Shown here: piece after piece, positions 39,810 through 48,862 of the stretch
How the letters are laid out: every line of letters starts with the position of its first letter
Numbering within the stretch: position 1 is the first letter of the stretch
Source of the DNA: Thermoanaerobaculia bacterium
GTDB taxonomy: Bacteria; Acidobacteriota; Thermoanaerobaculia; UBA5066
NCBI GenBank assembly: GCA_963816185.1
Contig: CAWFJJ010000018.1
Span: forward strand, 1 to 57,122
Direction of reading: 5' to 3'
DNA length: 57,122 nucleotides
The notes under the pieces: model-generated
What the model was told of the DNA's origin: nothing
Seen by the model: the letters and a program-made list of their open reading frames with translations, nothing else
Databases searched by the model: none
Made by a program: the position numbers and the translations under genes

Positions 39810-41786
39810 ATGACCACACACATCGACCCGGCGCGTAAGTCCCGGCGCGGCCTTGCGCTCGTTCTCGGCGTCACGGCCTGCGCCGCTCTCGCGTACAGCT
39901 CTCTGGTGCCGTCGGCCGACGCAGCCGACTCCGCACGTTCCCCAGCCGCACCCATGAGCGGTCGCACCGCTTTAGGCGTACCGGGCCCCGTTGTTTTTCC
40001 TCTCGTCACGTCTGCCGATCGTCGCTATCTCCAGGATCAGAACGGCCAGCCGTTTCCTATTCTGGGTCGTGTCTCGTTCTCCCTGGCTTCCCTGAACGTT
40101 TCGGACTATCAGACGTACCTCGACGACACGGCGGCGAAGGGCTTCAACGCCATCGAACTCATGTTAATCAACCGGTCGGGAAACAACGCTCCGTTCGACG
40201 CGAACGGCCAACTTCCTTTCGTCAATCTACTCGACGGCACGGCCTGGAATGGCTCGATGGCTTCGGGTGTGAATCCCGACTTCACGACGCCGAACGAAAC
40301 CTACTGGCAGCACATCGACGGCATCCTCGACTACGCCCGTCAGAAGGGAATCCTCTGCTTCGCTTTCCCGAGTTACGCCGGATACAACGGCAATCTCGCC
40401 GACGGCTGGATGATCCCGATGGTCGCGAACGGCACGACGAAGATGACGAGCTATGGAAGCTGGATCGCAACCCGCTACAAGGCCTATCCAAACATCGTCT
40501 GGCTGCTCGGCGGTGATGCCGGTACCGGCGACGCCGTCTTCACCTCTTCGGAGCTTGCCGTCGAGCAGGCGATGTTGTCGGGGATGCAGAGCGTTTCCGG
40601 TCAGTTGAGCACGCAGTTCTCGGCGACATGGAAAGCGCCGTGCATCTATACCGACCAGACCGACCCGACGCTCAAGGCCGCCGGAACGCTTCAGGGGGCC
40701 TACGACTGGCCCGACCCGACTAGCCAATGTCGGCGAGGCTACGCCTACTCACCGGTCATGCCGGCATTTCTCGTCGAGGAGCCCTACGATCAGGAAGGCC
40801 CCGATGGCACAGGCGTGGACGTGTTCGCCACGCAGCCCGTCCGTCGCTTTCAGTGGTGGGGGTGGCTGTCGAGCATCGGCGGGTTCGTCTGCGGCAACGG
40901 CTACGTCTACAGGTTCGTTCCCGGCGACTGGGACACGCACCTGAACACGCAGGGCACGCTGGACATGGGGAGGCTCAACGCGTTCATCAAGTCGATCCCG
41001 TGGCAGACGCTCGTCCCGTCCGGCCTCGGCGGCATGAAGACGCTCATCACGGCGGGCGGAAACAACTCGGGCGACAGCACCTACGTCGCGGCGGCGGCGG
41101 ATCCCGCGGGCGCGCTCCTCGTCGCCTACGTCCCACCCGCCCACACGGGCTCCATCACGGTGGACATGACCGCGTTGAGCGGTCCGGCGCAGGCAAGCTG
41201 GTATAACCCGACAACCGCTGCCTATAGCCTGATCAGTCCGAGTATTGGCAATACGGGCACGTACACTTTTGCACCGCCCGGCGACAATGGCTCGGGGTAT
41301 GCCGACTGGGTGCTGGTTTTGTATGCGTTGACTGCGATTCCGACTCCGACTCCTACTTCCACTCCGACCCTGACTCCCACCCCGACACAGACGCCGACGC
41401 CTGTGGCGACGGTCTATTTTGCGGTGACTCCGTGCCGTCTGGTCGACACGCGGTGGCCGACGGGGCCGCTCGGCGGCCCGGCGCTCTCCGCCGCCACACC
41501 CCGCACGTTCGCAATCGCCAATGTGTGCAACGTTCCATCGACCGCGAAGGCAATCACGGTCAACGTCACGGTCACCCTACCTTCGACGGCCGGCGATTAT
41601 CGAGTTTTTGCCGCGGACATCCCGCCACCGATTTCCACCAACATTAACTTCCGGGCGAATCAGACCCGCGCGAACAACGCCATTCTCGCGCTGTCGGGAG
41701 ACGGCCTGGGACGGTTCACGGTGGAGCCGGATCTGACTTCAGGAACCTCGCACCTGATCGTGGACGTGAACGGATACTTTCGCTGA
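39810..41786 (+). CDS. Secreted DUF4038/GH140-like hydrolase paralogue 3 with Pro/Thr linker and C-terminal PCRLVDTR domain
   Basis: Same motifs as the other paralogues. ATG is preceded by GGAGAG and an in-frame TAA. Confidence 0.85.
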   Translation: MTTHIDPARKSRRGLALVLGVTACAALAYSSLVPSADAADSARSPAAPMSGRTALGVPGPVVFPLVTSADRRYLQDQNGQPFPILGRVSFSLASLNVSDYQTYLDDTAAKGFNAIELMLINRSGNNAPFDANGQLPFVNLLDGTAWNGSMASGVNPDFTTPNETYWQHIDGILDYARQKGILCFAFPSYAGYNGNLADGWMIPMVANGTTKMTSYGSWIATRYKAYPNIVWLLGGDAGTGDAVFTSSELAVEQAMLSGMQSVSGQLSTQFSATWKAPCIYTDQTDPTLKAAGTLQGAYDWPDPTSQCRRGYAYSPVMPAFLVEEPYDQEGPDGTGVDVFATQPVRRFQWWGWLSSIGGFVCGNGYVYRFVPGDWDTHLNTQGTLDMGRLNAFIKSIPWQTLVPSGLGGMKTLITAGGNNSGDSTYVAAAADPAGALLVAYVPPAHTGSITVDMTALSGPAQASWYNPTTAAYSLISPSIGNTGTYTFAPPGDNGSGYADWVLVLYALTAIPTPTPTSTPTLTPTPTQTPTPVATVYFAVTPCRLVDTRWPTGPLGGPALSAATPRTFAIANVCNVPSTAKAITVNVTVTLPSTAGDYRVFAADIPPPISTNINFRANQTRANNAILALSGDGLGRFTVEPDLTSGTSHLIVDVNGYFR

Positions 41787-41824
41787 GACGGCTGCGAGTC
41801 GTATTTTTGCCGCCCTCTCCCCGG

Positions 41825-41833
41825 TGGTACGAT
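41825..41833 (+). promoter_or_regulatory. Putative extended -10 (TGgTACGAT) for the wzc operon
   Basis: TGnTAnnnT about 90 nt before ATG 41926, with TTGCCG nearby upstream. Confidence 0.4.
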
Positions 41834-41925
41834 CTTCCAGGCCATAGCGGCGCCCGGACCGAAATGTGCAGCAGGCGTGTCCTCCAGGCGTCACGAAGTC
41901 GTCTGCGGCAGGGAGTCTTTCGCCG

Positions 41926-44199
41926 ATGTCGAAACTGGAACTCTTGGAAGAATCACCTTCTACCCCGTCCGGGGCCGAGTTCCACCTCACGGACGTGCTA
42001 CGCACCATCAGCCAGCACAGGTGGCTGGTTCTCGGAGCCCTCGTCGCTGCTCTCGCCGCGGCGGTCGCCTTCGGGCTCCTGACGACACCGCAGTTCAAGG
42101 CCACGACTCTCATCACCCTCGAGCGGGAACGCGAGGACGCCTTGAACATCGCCTCACCGGACGCGCGTGAGCGAGGCGCGGACGCCGTGTCGGTGGAGAC
42201 CGAGGCCCGGCTCCTGAAGAGCCGCGACGTCCTCGAGCGGGTCGTGAGAAAACTGCGCCTCGCCCAGCCGGCGAGCACGGAGGAGGGAGAGCCTTCCGCG
42301 GTTTCACCCTCTACTTCACAGCCTCCCGCAATCGATCCCGTCACTCGAGCCGCCATGAGACTGCAGCGAAGAATCGATGTTCAGCCTGTTCGTGCCACCA
42401 GCCTTCTCGAGGTGTCCGTCACGGCCGACTCCGCCCAGACGGCCGCGGACCTCACGAATGCGGTGACCGAGGCCTACATCGCCTGGAAACTCGATTCGCG
42501 TTTTCGGCTTCTCGGCCAGGCTTCACGGTTCCTGTCGGAGCAGATCGACGACGCGAAAGCGACGCTGGCCCAGCGGGAAGAGAGTCTCCTCGCGTTCAGC
42601 CGGAGGAAGAACATCCTGAGCGTCGATCCCCGAAACAATGTCGCGCTCACGAGGCTCGACACGCTCAGCCGCGACCTGGCGACGGCCACGGCCGACCGGC
42701 TCACGAAAGAGGCTCGCGAGTCCGAGCTCAGGAACGCGCACCCGGACTCCCTGGCCGAAACGATCTCGAGCGGGCTCGTGGTGCAACTTCGGAGCGACCA
42801 GGCCCGCCTCGAGCGCGAGTACGACGACAAGCTCAGCATCTACAAGCCCGACTGGCCCGCCATGCAGCAGCTTAAGACGCGGATCGAGCAAGGCCGCCAG
42901 CACCTCGATGCCGTCGTCCAGGAGACGGTTCGCAAGGCGCGCGAGGCCGCGAGGGCCGACGTGCTTGCGGCGCAGCGCCGCGAAGAGCTGCTTCAGGACT
43001 CTCTGAAGTCCGAGCAGTCGCAGGCGATGTCCGTCAATTCCGACCTCGTGGAGTACAACAAGCTGAGGATCGATGCGGAGACCCAGCGGTCGCTGGTCGA
43101 CAACCTTCTCAAACGCCGCGCGGAGATCGAGGTCCTGACCCGCGTCGAGGGAGACAAGGTCTCGAACATACGGGTCGTCGAAAGGGCCCTGCCACCGACA
43201 TCGCCATTCCGCCCCTCGTACAGCCTCAATCTTCTCCTCGGCCTCATCAGCGGAGTCATGCTGGGCGTCGGGCTCGCATTCGGCGCCGAGTACATGGATC
43301 GGAGCCTGCGGACACCGGAGCAGGTGACGCGGTACCTGAATCTCCCTGTGCTGGGAGTCATCCCGGCTGCGGGGCGGGCCCTGGCTCGAATCGATCAGAC
43401 CGCTCTCTCCAGGGGCACGCCCGGAGGCGAGGAATCGGCGCTGGACCTTCCCGGTGCCCCATTGCCGAAGGCATCGATCGAGCTGCTTCCCCACACGCTG
43501 TCGCGGTCCACCCTGGCCGAGGCGTATCGAGCGTTTCGAACCTCTCTTCTTCTCTCCAGCGCCGCCCGCCCTCGCTGCCTCGCCGTGACGTCCGCTCTTC
43601 CGCTGGAAGGGAAGACGACGACGACGATGAACCTCGCCGTCGTCCTCGCCCAGCTCGGCAAGAGCGTTCTCCTCGTCGATGCGGATCTTCACCACTCGCG
43701 CCTGCACGAGACCTTTCACGTCTCGAACGCCACCGGCCTCGTGACCGTTCTGACCGGGCAGACCGAGGCGGCAAGCGCAATCAAGGAGACCGAGATCCCG
43801 AACCTCTCCCTCCTTCCGGCCGGCCCCACGTCGCCGAACCCGTCGGGCCTCCTCTCGTCCGGCACCATGCGGCGTTTCCTCGACGGCGCCATGAGCCGCT
43901 ACGACTTCGTCGTGGTCGACACTCCGCCCGTTCTCGCCGTGGCCGACGCGGTGGTCCTCGGCCACCTGACGGGAGGCGTCATTCTCTGCGTCCACGGCGG
44001 GAAGACACCGAGGGCCGTGGTCATCCGAGCGCGGGACGAGCTCCTCCGAAGCAACGTTCGAATACTCGGAGTCCTCCTCAACGCGCTGGAAGACGAGAGC
44101 GGCGAGGTCGCGTACCGCGAGCGCTACGGGTATTACCAGACTCCGCCGGTGAAGCCCCCCGAGGCGGCCGAGACGCCGTCGGCCGTCAGGACGGGCTAG
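41926..44199 (+). CDS. wzc: Polysaccharide co-polymerase / tyrosine autokinase (Wzc/GumC family)
   Basis: Two TMs flanking a coiled-coil periplasmic domain, AEAYRAFRT, Walker A SALPLEGKTT, VDADL, VVDTPP, C-terminal Tyr cluster YRERYGYY. Confidence 0.9.
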   Translation: MSKLELLEESPSTPSGAEFHLTDVLRTISQHRWLVLGALVAALAAAVAFGLLTTPQFKATTLITLEREREDALNIASPDARERGADAVSVETEARLLKSRDVLERVVRKLRLAQPASTEEGEPSAVSPSTSQPPAIDPVTRAAMRLQRRIDVQPVRATSLLEVSVTADSAQTAADLTNAVTEAYIAWKLDSRFRLLGQASRFLSEQIDDAKATLAQREESLLAFSRRKNILSVDPRNNVALTRLDTLSRDLATATADRLTKEARESELRNAHPDSLAETISSGLVVQLRSDQARLEREYDDKLSIYKPDWPAMQQLKTRIEQGRQHLDAVVQETVRKAREAARADVLAAQRREELLQDSLKSEQSQAMSVNSDLVEYNKLRIDAETQRSLVDNLLKRRAEIEVLTRVEGDKVSNIRVVERALPPTSPFRPSYSLNLLLGLISGVMLGVGLAFGAEYMDRSLRTPEQVTRYLNLPVLGVIPAAGRALARIDQTALSRGTPGGEESALDLPGAPLPKASIELLPHTLSRSTLAEAYRAFRTSLLLSSAARPRCLAVTSALPLEGKTTTTMNLAVVLAQLGKSVLLVDADLHHSRLHETFHVSNATGLVTVLTGQTEAASAIKETEIPNLSLLPAGPTSPNPSGLLSSGTMRRFLDGAMSRYDFVVVDTPPVLAVADAVVLGHLTGGVILCVHGGKTPRAVVIRARDELLRSNVRILGVLLNALEDESGEVAYRERYGYYQTPPVKPPEAAETPSAVRTG

Positions 44200-44211
44200 A
44201 GGAAACCAGGC

Positions 44212-45456
44212 GTGATGCCTGTGCCTCGACCAGCCTGCCGATTCTGCCGATCGCCGCTGACACAGACCTTCGTGGATCTCGGGATGTCACCGCTGTGCGA
44301 AAGCTACCGGACGGCCGATCAGCTCGACCAGATGGAGCCTTTCTTCCCGCTCCACGCCCGGGTCTGCTCCGAGTGCTTCCTCGTCCAGCTCGGGGAGTAC
44401 GTCACTCCGGCGGAAATCTTCACCGAGTACGCCTATTTCTCTTCCTACGCGGAGTCCTGGGTGCAGCACGCGAGGGTCTATGCCGACCGGATGATGGAGC
44501 TGCTTCGTCTCGGATCCGGCAGCACCGTGGTCGAAGTCGCCAGCAACGACGGTTACCTGTTGCAGCACTTCGCGGCGAAAGGGATTCCCGTGCTTGGAAT
44601 CGAGCCGGCGGGGAACGTGGCCGCGCGCGCGGTGGAAAGAGGGATCCCGACGATCGAGCGATTCTTCGGATCGGAGCTGGCGCGCGAGCTGGCGTCCGAG
44701 GGACGGCAGGCCGACCTCATCGTCGGCAACAACGTCCTCGCGCACGTTCCCGACCTGAACGGCTTCGTCGAGGGTCTTCGCATTCTCCTGAAGCCGTGCG
44801 GCACGATCACGATGGAGTTCCCTCATCTCTGGCGGTTGATGGACGAGAACCAGTTCGACACGATCTACCACGAGCACTTCTCGTATTTCTCCTTTCTCGT
44901 CGCCGAACGGGTCTTCGCGGCGCATGAGCTGACGGTGTTCGACGTCGAGGAGCTGCCGACTCACGGAGGCTCCCTGCGTGTGTACGTCCGGCATGCCGGC
45001 GACCCTTCGCGTCCGGTTTCACCGGCCGCGGACGTCCTGAGAACCCGGGAGAAGAACGCGGGGTTCGAGAGCCTCGGTCGCTACGGCGGGTTCATGCCGA
45101 GGGTCGCCGAGACGAAGCGGCGGCTGCTGCGCTTCCTCATCGACGCGAAGGAGGAAGGAAAGTCGGTGGCGGCCTACGGTGCACCCGGCAAGGGGAACAC
45201 TCTTCTCAATTATTGCGGCGTGCGGACTGATTTCCTGGAGTACGCCGTCGATCGAAATCCTTACAAGCAAGGCAAATTCCTGCCGGGAACGCACATTCCG
45301 ATCTTTCCCGTCGAGAAGCTGGACGAGACCCGGCCGGATTACGTGCTCATCCTTCCCTGGAACCTGAAGAACGAGATCGTCGGCCAGATGTCCCGCGTGC
45401 GAAGCTGGGGCGGGCGCTTCGTCGTTCCGATTCCCCGGGTGGAAGTGATCGAATGA
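44212..45456 (+). CDS. NDP-hexose C-methyltransferase (zinc-binding class I SAM methyltransferase)
   Basis: CRFC...CSECFLVQL Zn site, EVASNDG, NNVLAHVP, FDTIYHEH, HGGSLR, YGAPGKG, ILPWN. Confidence 0.88.
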   Translation: MMPVPRPACRFCRSPLTQTFVDLGMSPLCESYRTADQLDQMEPFFPLHARVCSECFLVQLGEYVTPAEIFTEYAYFSSYAESWVQHARVYADRMMELLRLGSGSTVVEVASNDGYLLQHFAAKGIPVLGIEPAGNVAARAVERGIPTIERFFGSELARELASEGRQADLIVGNNVLAHVPDLNGFVEGLRILLKPCGTITMEFPHLWRLMDENQFDTIYHEHFSYFSFLVAERVFAAHELTVFDVEELPTHGGSLRVYVRHAGDPSRPVSPAADVLRTREKNAGFESLGRYGGFMPRVAETKRRLLRFLIDAKEEGKSVAAYGAPGKGNTLLNYCGVRTDFLEYAVDRNPYKQGKFLPGTHIPIFPVEKLDETRPDYVLILPWNLKNEIVGQMSRVRSWGGRFVVPIPRVEVIE

Positions 45457-45983
45457 TTTTCCGGCCGCTCGAAGTCTCCGGGGCCTTCCTGATCGAGCCG
45501 GAGCCGATCCTGGACGAGCGCGGCTTCTTCGAGAGGTTCTGGTGCCGGCACGAATTCGAAGAGCACGGCCTTCTCGCGCGCATCGCCCAGTGCAGCCAGT
45601 CGTTCAACGAGAAGAAGGGGACCCTGCGGGGCCTGCACTATCAGCTCGCGCCGCATGCGGAGGTGAAAGTCGTTCTTTGCACGAAGGGGGCGATCTACGA
45701 CGTCATTCTCGATCTGAGGCCCGCATCTCCGACCTTCAGGAAGCACGCTGCCGTTACGCTCACGGCCGGAAATCGCCGCATGGCCTACGTGCCGGAGGGC
45801 TGCGCGCACGGGTTCGAGACGCTCGAGGACGGGACCGAGGTCCTCTACCTGATCTCCGAGCTCTACCGGCCCGATCATGCGCGCGGCGTCCGATGGAACG
45901 ACCCGTCCTTCGACATCCCCTGGCCTCCGGGGGAGAAGATCCTGAGCGAGCGGGATCGAAGCTGTCCCGATTTCCAAATCTGA
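45453..45983 (+). CDS. rfbC: dTDP-4-dehydrorhamnose 3,5-epimerase family
   Basis: DERGFF, GTLRGLHYQ, DLRPASPTF, VPEGCAHGF, WNDP. Confidence 0.88.
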   Translation: MIFRPLEVSGAFLIEPEPILDERGFFERFWCRHEFEEHGLLARIAQCSQSFNEKKGTLRGLHYQLAPHAEVKVVLCTKGAIYDVILDLRPASPTFRKHAAVTLTAGNRRMAYVPEGCAHGFETLEDGTEVLYLISELYRPDHARGVRWNDPSFDIPWPPGEKILSERDRSCPDFQI

Positions 45984-45999
45984 AAACACCGAGGAGCCG

Positions 46000-47316
46000 A
46001 TGGACACCGGAAGTCTCGAGAGTCCCGGCCGGGAGAATCTCGGCGCCGAGCTTCACCGGCTGATCGCGGACCTCTATCCGATCTGCCGCAGCATCACGGG
46101 CGACGGATTCCGCGAGACCCTGAGGCGCCTGCGCCGATTCGTCCCCCTGACCGTTCACGAGGTTCCGACCGGCACGCGCGTCTTCGACTGGACCGTGCCC
46201 AGGGAATGGAACGTCCGTGACGCGTACGTCAAGGACGGGACGGGCCGCCGCGTCATCGACTTCCGGGAGTCGAATCTCCATGTCGTCAACTACAGTGTCC
46301 CGATCCGCGCGACATTGACGCGGGCGGAACTGCAGGGGCACCTCTTCACGCTTCCGGAGCACCCGGACTGGATTCCATATCGGACGACGTACTACGAGGA
46401 ATCATGGGGCTTCTGCCTGAGCCACGACCAGTTCCTCCGGATGAAGGACGAAACTTACGAGGTCCTCATCGATTCCTCGCTCGAGGACGGCCACCTGACC
46501 TACGGCGAGGTGCTCCTCGAGGGCACCACCGACGAAGAGGTCCTGATCACGTGCCACGCCTGTCACCCCTCGCTCTGCAACGACAATCTGTCCGGAGTGG
46601 CCGTGGCGACGTTTCTGGCCCGGGCCCTCGGCGAGAGGCCCCACCGCTTTTCTTACCGGTTTCTTTTCATTCCGGGAACGATCGGATCGATCACGTGGCT
46701 CGCCCGCAACGAAGGCGACGTCGGCCGCATCCGGCACGGTCTCGTTCTGGCGCTCCTGGGCGACGCGGGGCCCTTCACGTACAAGCGGTCCCGGCGTGGC
46801 GATGCCGAGATCGACCGCGTCGTCGCCTCCGTCCTGGGAAGTCTGCCCGGCGGGAATCGCGTCCGCGACTTCACGCCCTACGGCTACGACGAACGTCAAT
46901 TCTGCTCGCCGGGCTTCAATCTGCCGGTCGGCAGCCTCATGCGGACGCCCAATGGCGAGTATCCCGAGTATCACACGTCCGCGGACAACCTCGACTTCGT
47001 GAAACCGGGCCGCCTTGCCGAATCGTACGCGCTCTGCCTGTCCATCATCGACGTACTCGAAAACAACTGGAGGTACGTGAGTCTGAACCCGAAATGCGAG
47101 CCGCAGCTCGGAAGGCGCGGCCTCTATCGTTCCGTGGGGGGGGTCGCGACGGCCCCCGACCATGAAATGGCCCTCCTGTGGGTGCTCAACCAGTCGGACG
47201 GCACGAAGGACCTTCTCGATATCGCGGAACGCTCCCGGCTTCCCTTCGATTCGGTGCGGTCGGCCGCCGACGCTTTGCGCGAGAGCGGTCTTCTCGAAGC
47301 ATGCGAGAAACCTTGA
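46000..47316 (+). CDS. DUF4910 aminopeptidase-like protein (with C-terminal winged HTH)
   Basis: PICRSITGDG, DWTVPREW, NLHVVNYS, IPYRTTYY, CHPSLCNDNLSG, DERQFCSPG, YHTSADN, CEPQLGRRGLY. Confidence 0.88.
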   Translation: MDTGSLESPGRENLGAELHRLIADLYPICRSITGDGFRETLRRLRRFVPLTVHEVPTGTRVFDWTVPREWNVRDAYVKDGTGRRVIDFRESNLHVVNYSVPIRATLTRAELQGHLFTLPEHPDWIPYRTTYYEESWGFCLSHDQFLRMKDETYEVLIDSSLEDGHLTYGEVLLEGTTDEEVLITCHACHPSLCNDNLSGVAVATFLARALGERPHRFSYRFLFIPGTIGSITWLARNEGDVGRIRHGLVLALLGDAGPFTYKRSRRGDAEIDRVVASVLGSLPGGNRVRDFTPYGYDERQFCSPGFNLPVGSLMRTPNGEYPEYHTSADNLDFVKPGRLAESYALCLSIIDVLENNWRYVSLNPKCEPQLGRRGLYRSVGGVATAPDHEMALLWVLNQSDGTKDLLDIAERSRLPFDSVRSAADALRESGLLEACEKP

Positions 47317-47394
47317 CACCCGGGCCAGAATCCGTCGCGACCTTCAGTCCCCCGGGATCTTGCGCGATACTCCTGTCGGCCACGAAGTGAAGTC

Positions 47395-48180
47395 ATGAAA
47401 GTCGTTCTCTTCTGCGGGGGCCTCGGCATGAGGCTGAAGGAGTTCTCGGAAAGCATTCCGAAGCCGCTCGTCACGATCGGCCTCCGGCCGATGCTGTGGC
47501 ACGTCATGAAGTACTACGCCTTCCACGGGCACAAGGACTTCATCCTCTGTCTCGGCTACCGCGGCGATCTGATCAAAGACTACTTCCTGAAATACAACGA
47601 GTGCTTCTCGAACGACTTCATCCTCTCGGGCGACGACGGCGGCGTGCAGCTCCTCGACCGCGATATCAACGACTGGAGGATCACCTTCGTCGACACGGGC
47701 CTGAATTCGAACGTCGGCCAGCGCCTCAAGGCCGTCGAAAAGCATCTCGCCGGCGAAGAGGTTTTTCTTGCGAACTATGCGGACGGTCTGACCGACTTCC
47801 CGCTTCCGCGACTGATCGAACACTTCGAGAAGTCTCGCAGCGTCGCGAGCTTTCTGGGCGTCCACCCGAGCCAGACCTTTCATGTCGTGACGATGGCGGA
47901 AGACCACCGTGTCACCGCCATCCAGGACGTGACTCGTGCCGGCCTCTGGGTCAACGGAGGATTCTTCGTGATGCATCGGTCCATCTTCGACTACATCAGG
48001 CCCGGAGAGGAGCTGGTTAACGAGCCCTTCCAGAGGTTGATCGACAACGGAAAGCTGACCGCTCACCGGTACGACGGCTTCTTTGTCGCCATGGACACCT
48101 TCAAGGACAAGCAGCTTCTCGACGACCTGTACTCCCGGGGCGACGCCCCCTGGGAGGTCTGGAAGACGGCCGGAAGGTAG
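47395..48180 (+). CDS. rfbF: Glucose-1-phosphate cytidylyltransferase family
   Basis: FCGGLGMRL, IPKPL, MKYYA, VDTG, NYADG, VNGGFF, MDTFKD. Confidence 0.8.
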   Translation: MKVVLFCGGLGMRLKEFSESIPKPLVTIGLRPMLWHVMKYYAFHGHKDFILCLGYRGDLIKDYFLKYNECFSNDFILSGDDGGVQLLDRDINDWRITFVDTGLNSNVGQRLKAVEKHLAGEEVFLANYADGLTDFPLPRLIEHFEKSRSVASFLGVHPSQTFHVVTMAEDHRVTAIQDVTRAGLWVNGGFFVMHRSIFDYIRPGEELVNEPFQRLIDNGKLTAHRYDGFFVAMDTFKDKQLLDDLYSRGDAPWEVWKTAGR

Positions 48181-48192
48181 TCGACGCACGAC

Positions 48193-48846
48193 ATGCTGCC
48201 GTTCCAGTTCGCCAGGAGCCGCCGCGCCGCCTTCCGCATCCTCTGTCTCGGCGCCCACAGCGACGACATTGAGATCGGCTGCGGGGGGACGCTTCTCCGT
48301 CTGCACGAGGAGTACACGAACGTCACCTGCCACTGGGTCGTTTTCACCGCCGAGGGGCCGCGGGCCCGGGAAGCGCGAACCGGAGCACGCCGGTTCCTGC
48401 GCGGAGGGGCCGGCTCGAGCGTGACGCTCCACACGTTTCGAAACGGCTTCTTCCCGTCCCTGGCGGCCGAAATCAAGACGTCCTTCGAGGAGATCAAGGC
48501 CGTCGTTTCGCCTGACCTCATCTTTTCCCATTACCGCAGCGATCTTCACCAGGACCATCGAACGGTCGCCGAGCTGACCTGGAACACGTTCCGGGATCAC
48601 ACGATCCTCGAGTACGAGGTTCCGAAGTACGACGGGGATCTCGGAACACCGAACCTCTTCTTTCCCCTGGATGGCAGGACGGTCCGCCGCAAGGTCCGGC
48701 TCCTCATGCAGACGTTCGGGACTCAGCGAGGGAAGGACTGGTTCACGGAAGACACGTTTCTGGCCCTCCTGAGGCTTCGCGGCATGGAGTGCCGCGCACC
48801 GAACCGCTTTGCCGAGGCCTTCTACTGCCGAAAAGCGGTCCTTTAG
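48193..48846 (+). CDS. PIG-L family deacetylase
   Basis: GAHSDDIEIGCGG, HQDH, AEAF. Confidence 0.88.
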   Translation: MLPFQFARSRRAAFRILCLGAHSDDIEIGCGGTLLRLHEEYTNVTCHWVVFTAEGPRAREARTGARRFLRGGAGSSVTLHTFRNGFFPSLAAEIKTSFEEIKAVVSPDLIFSHYRSDLHQDHRTVAELTWNTFRDHTILEYEVPKYDGDLGTPNLFFPLDGRTVRRKVRLLMQTFGTQRGKDWFTEDTFLALLRLRGMECRAPNRFAEAFYCRKAVL

Positions 48847-48862
48847 GAGGGCTCGGAAACGG

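Noticed and set aside
39268-41405. Tandem repeat or CRISPR-like arrays
   Set aside because: The only short periodic sequences are coding Pro/Thr linkers. No repeat-spacer array, tRNA, rRNA or ops/JUMPstart element was recognised in the window.
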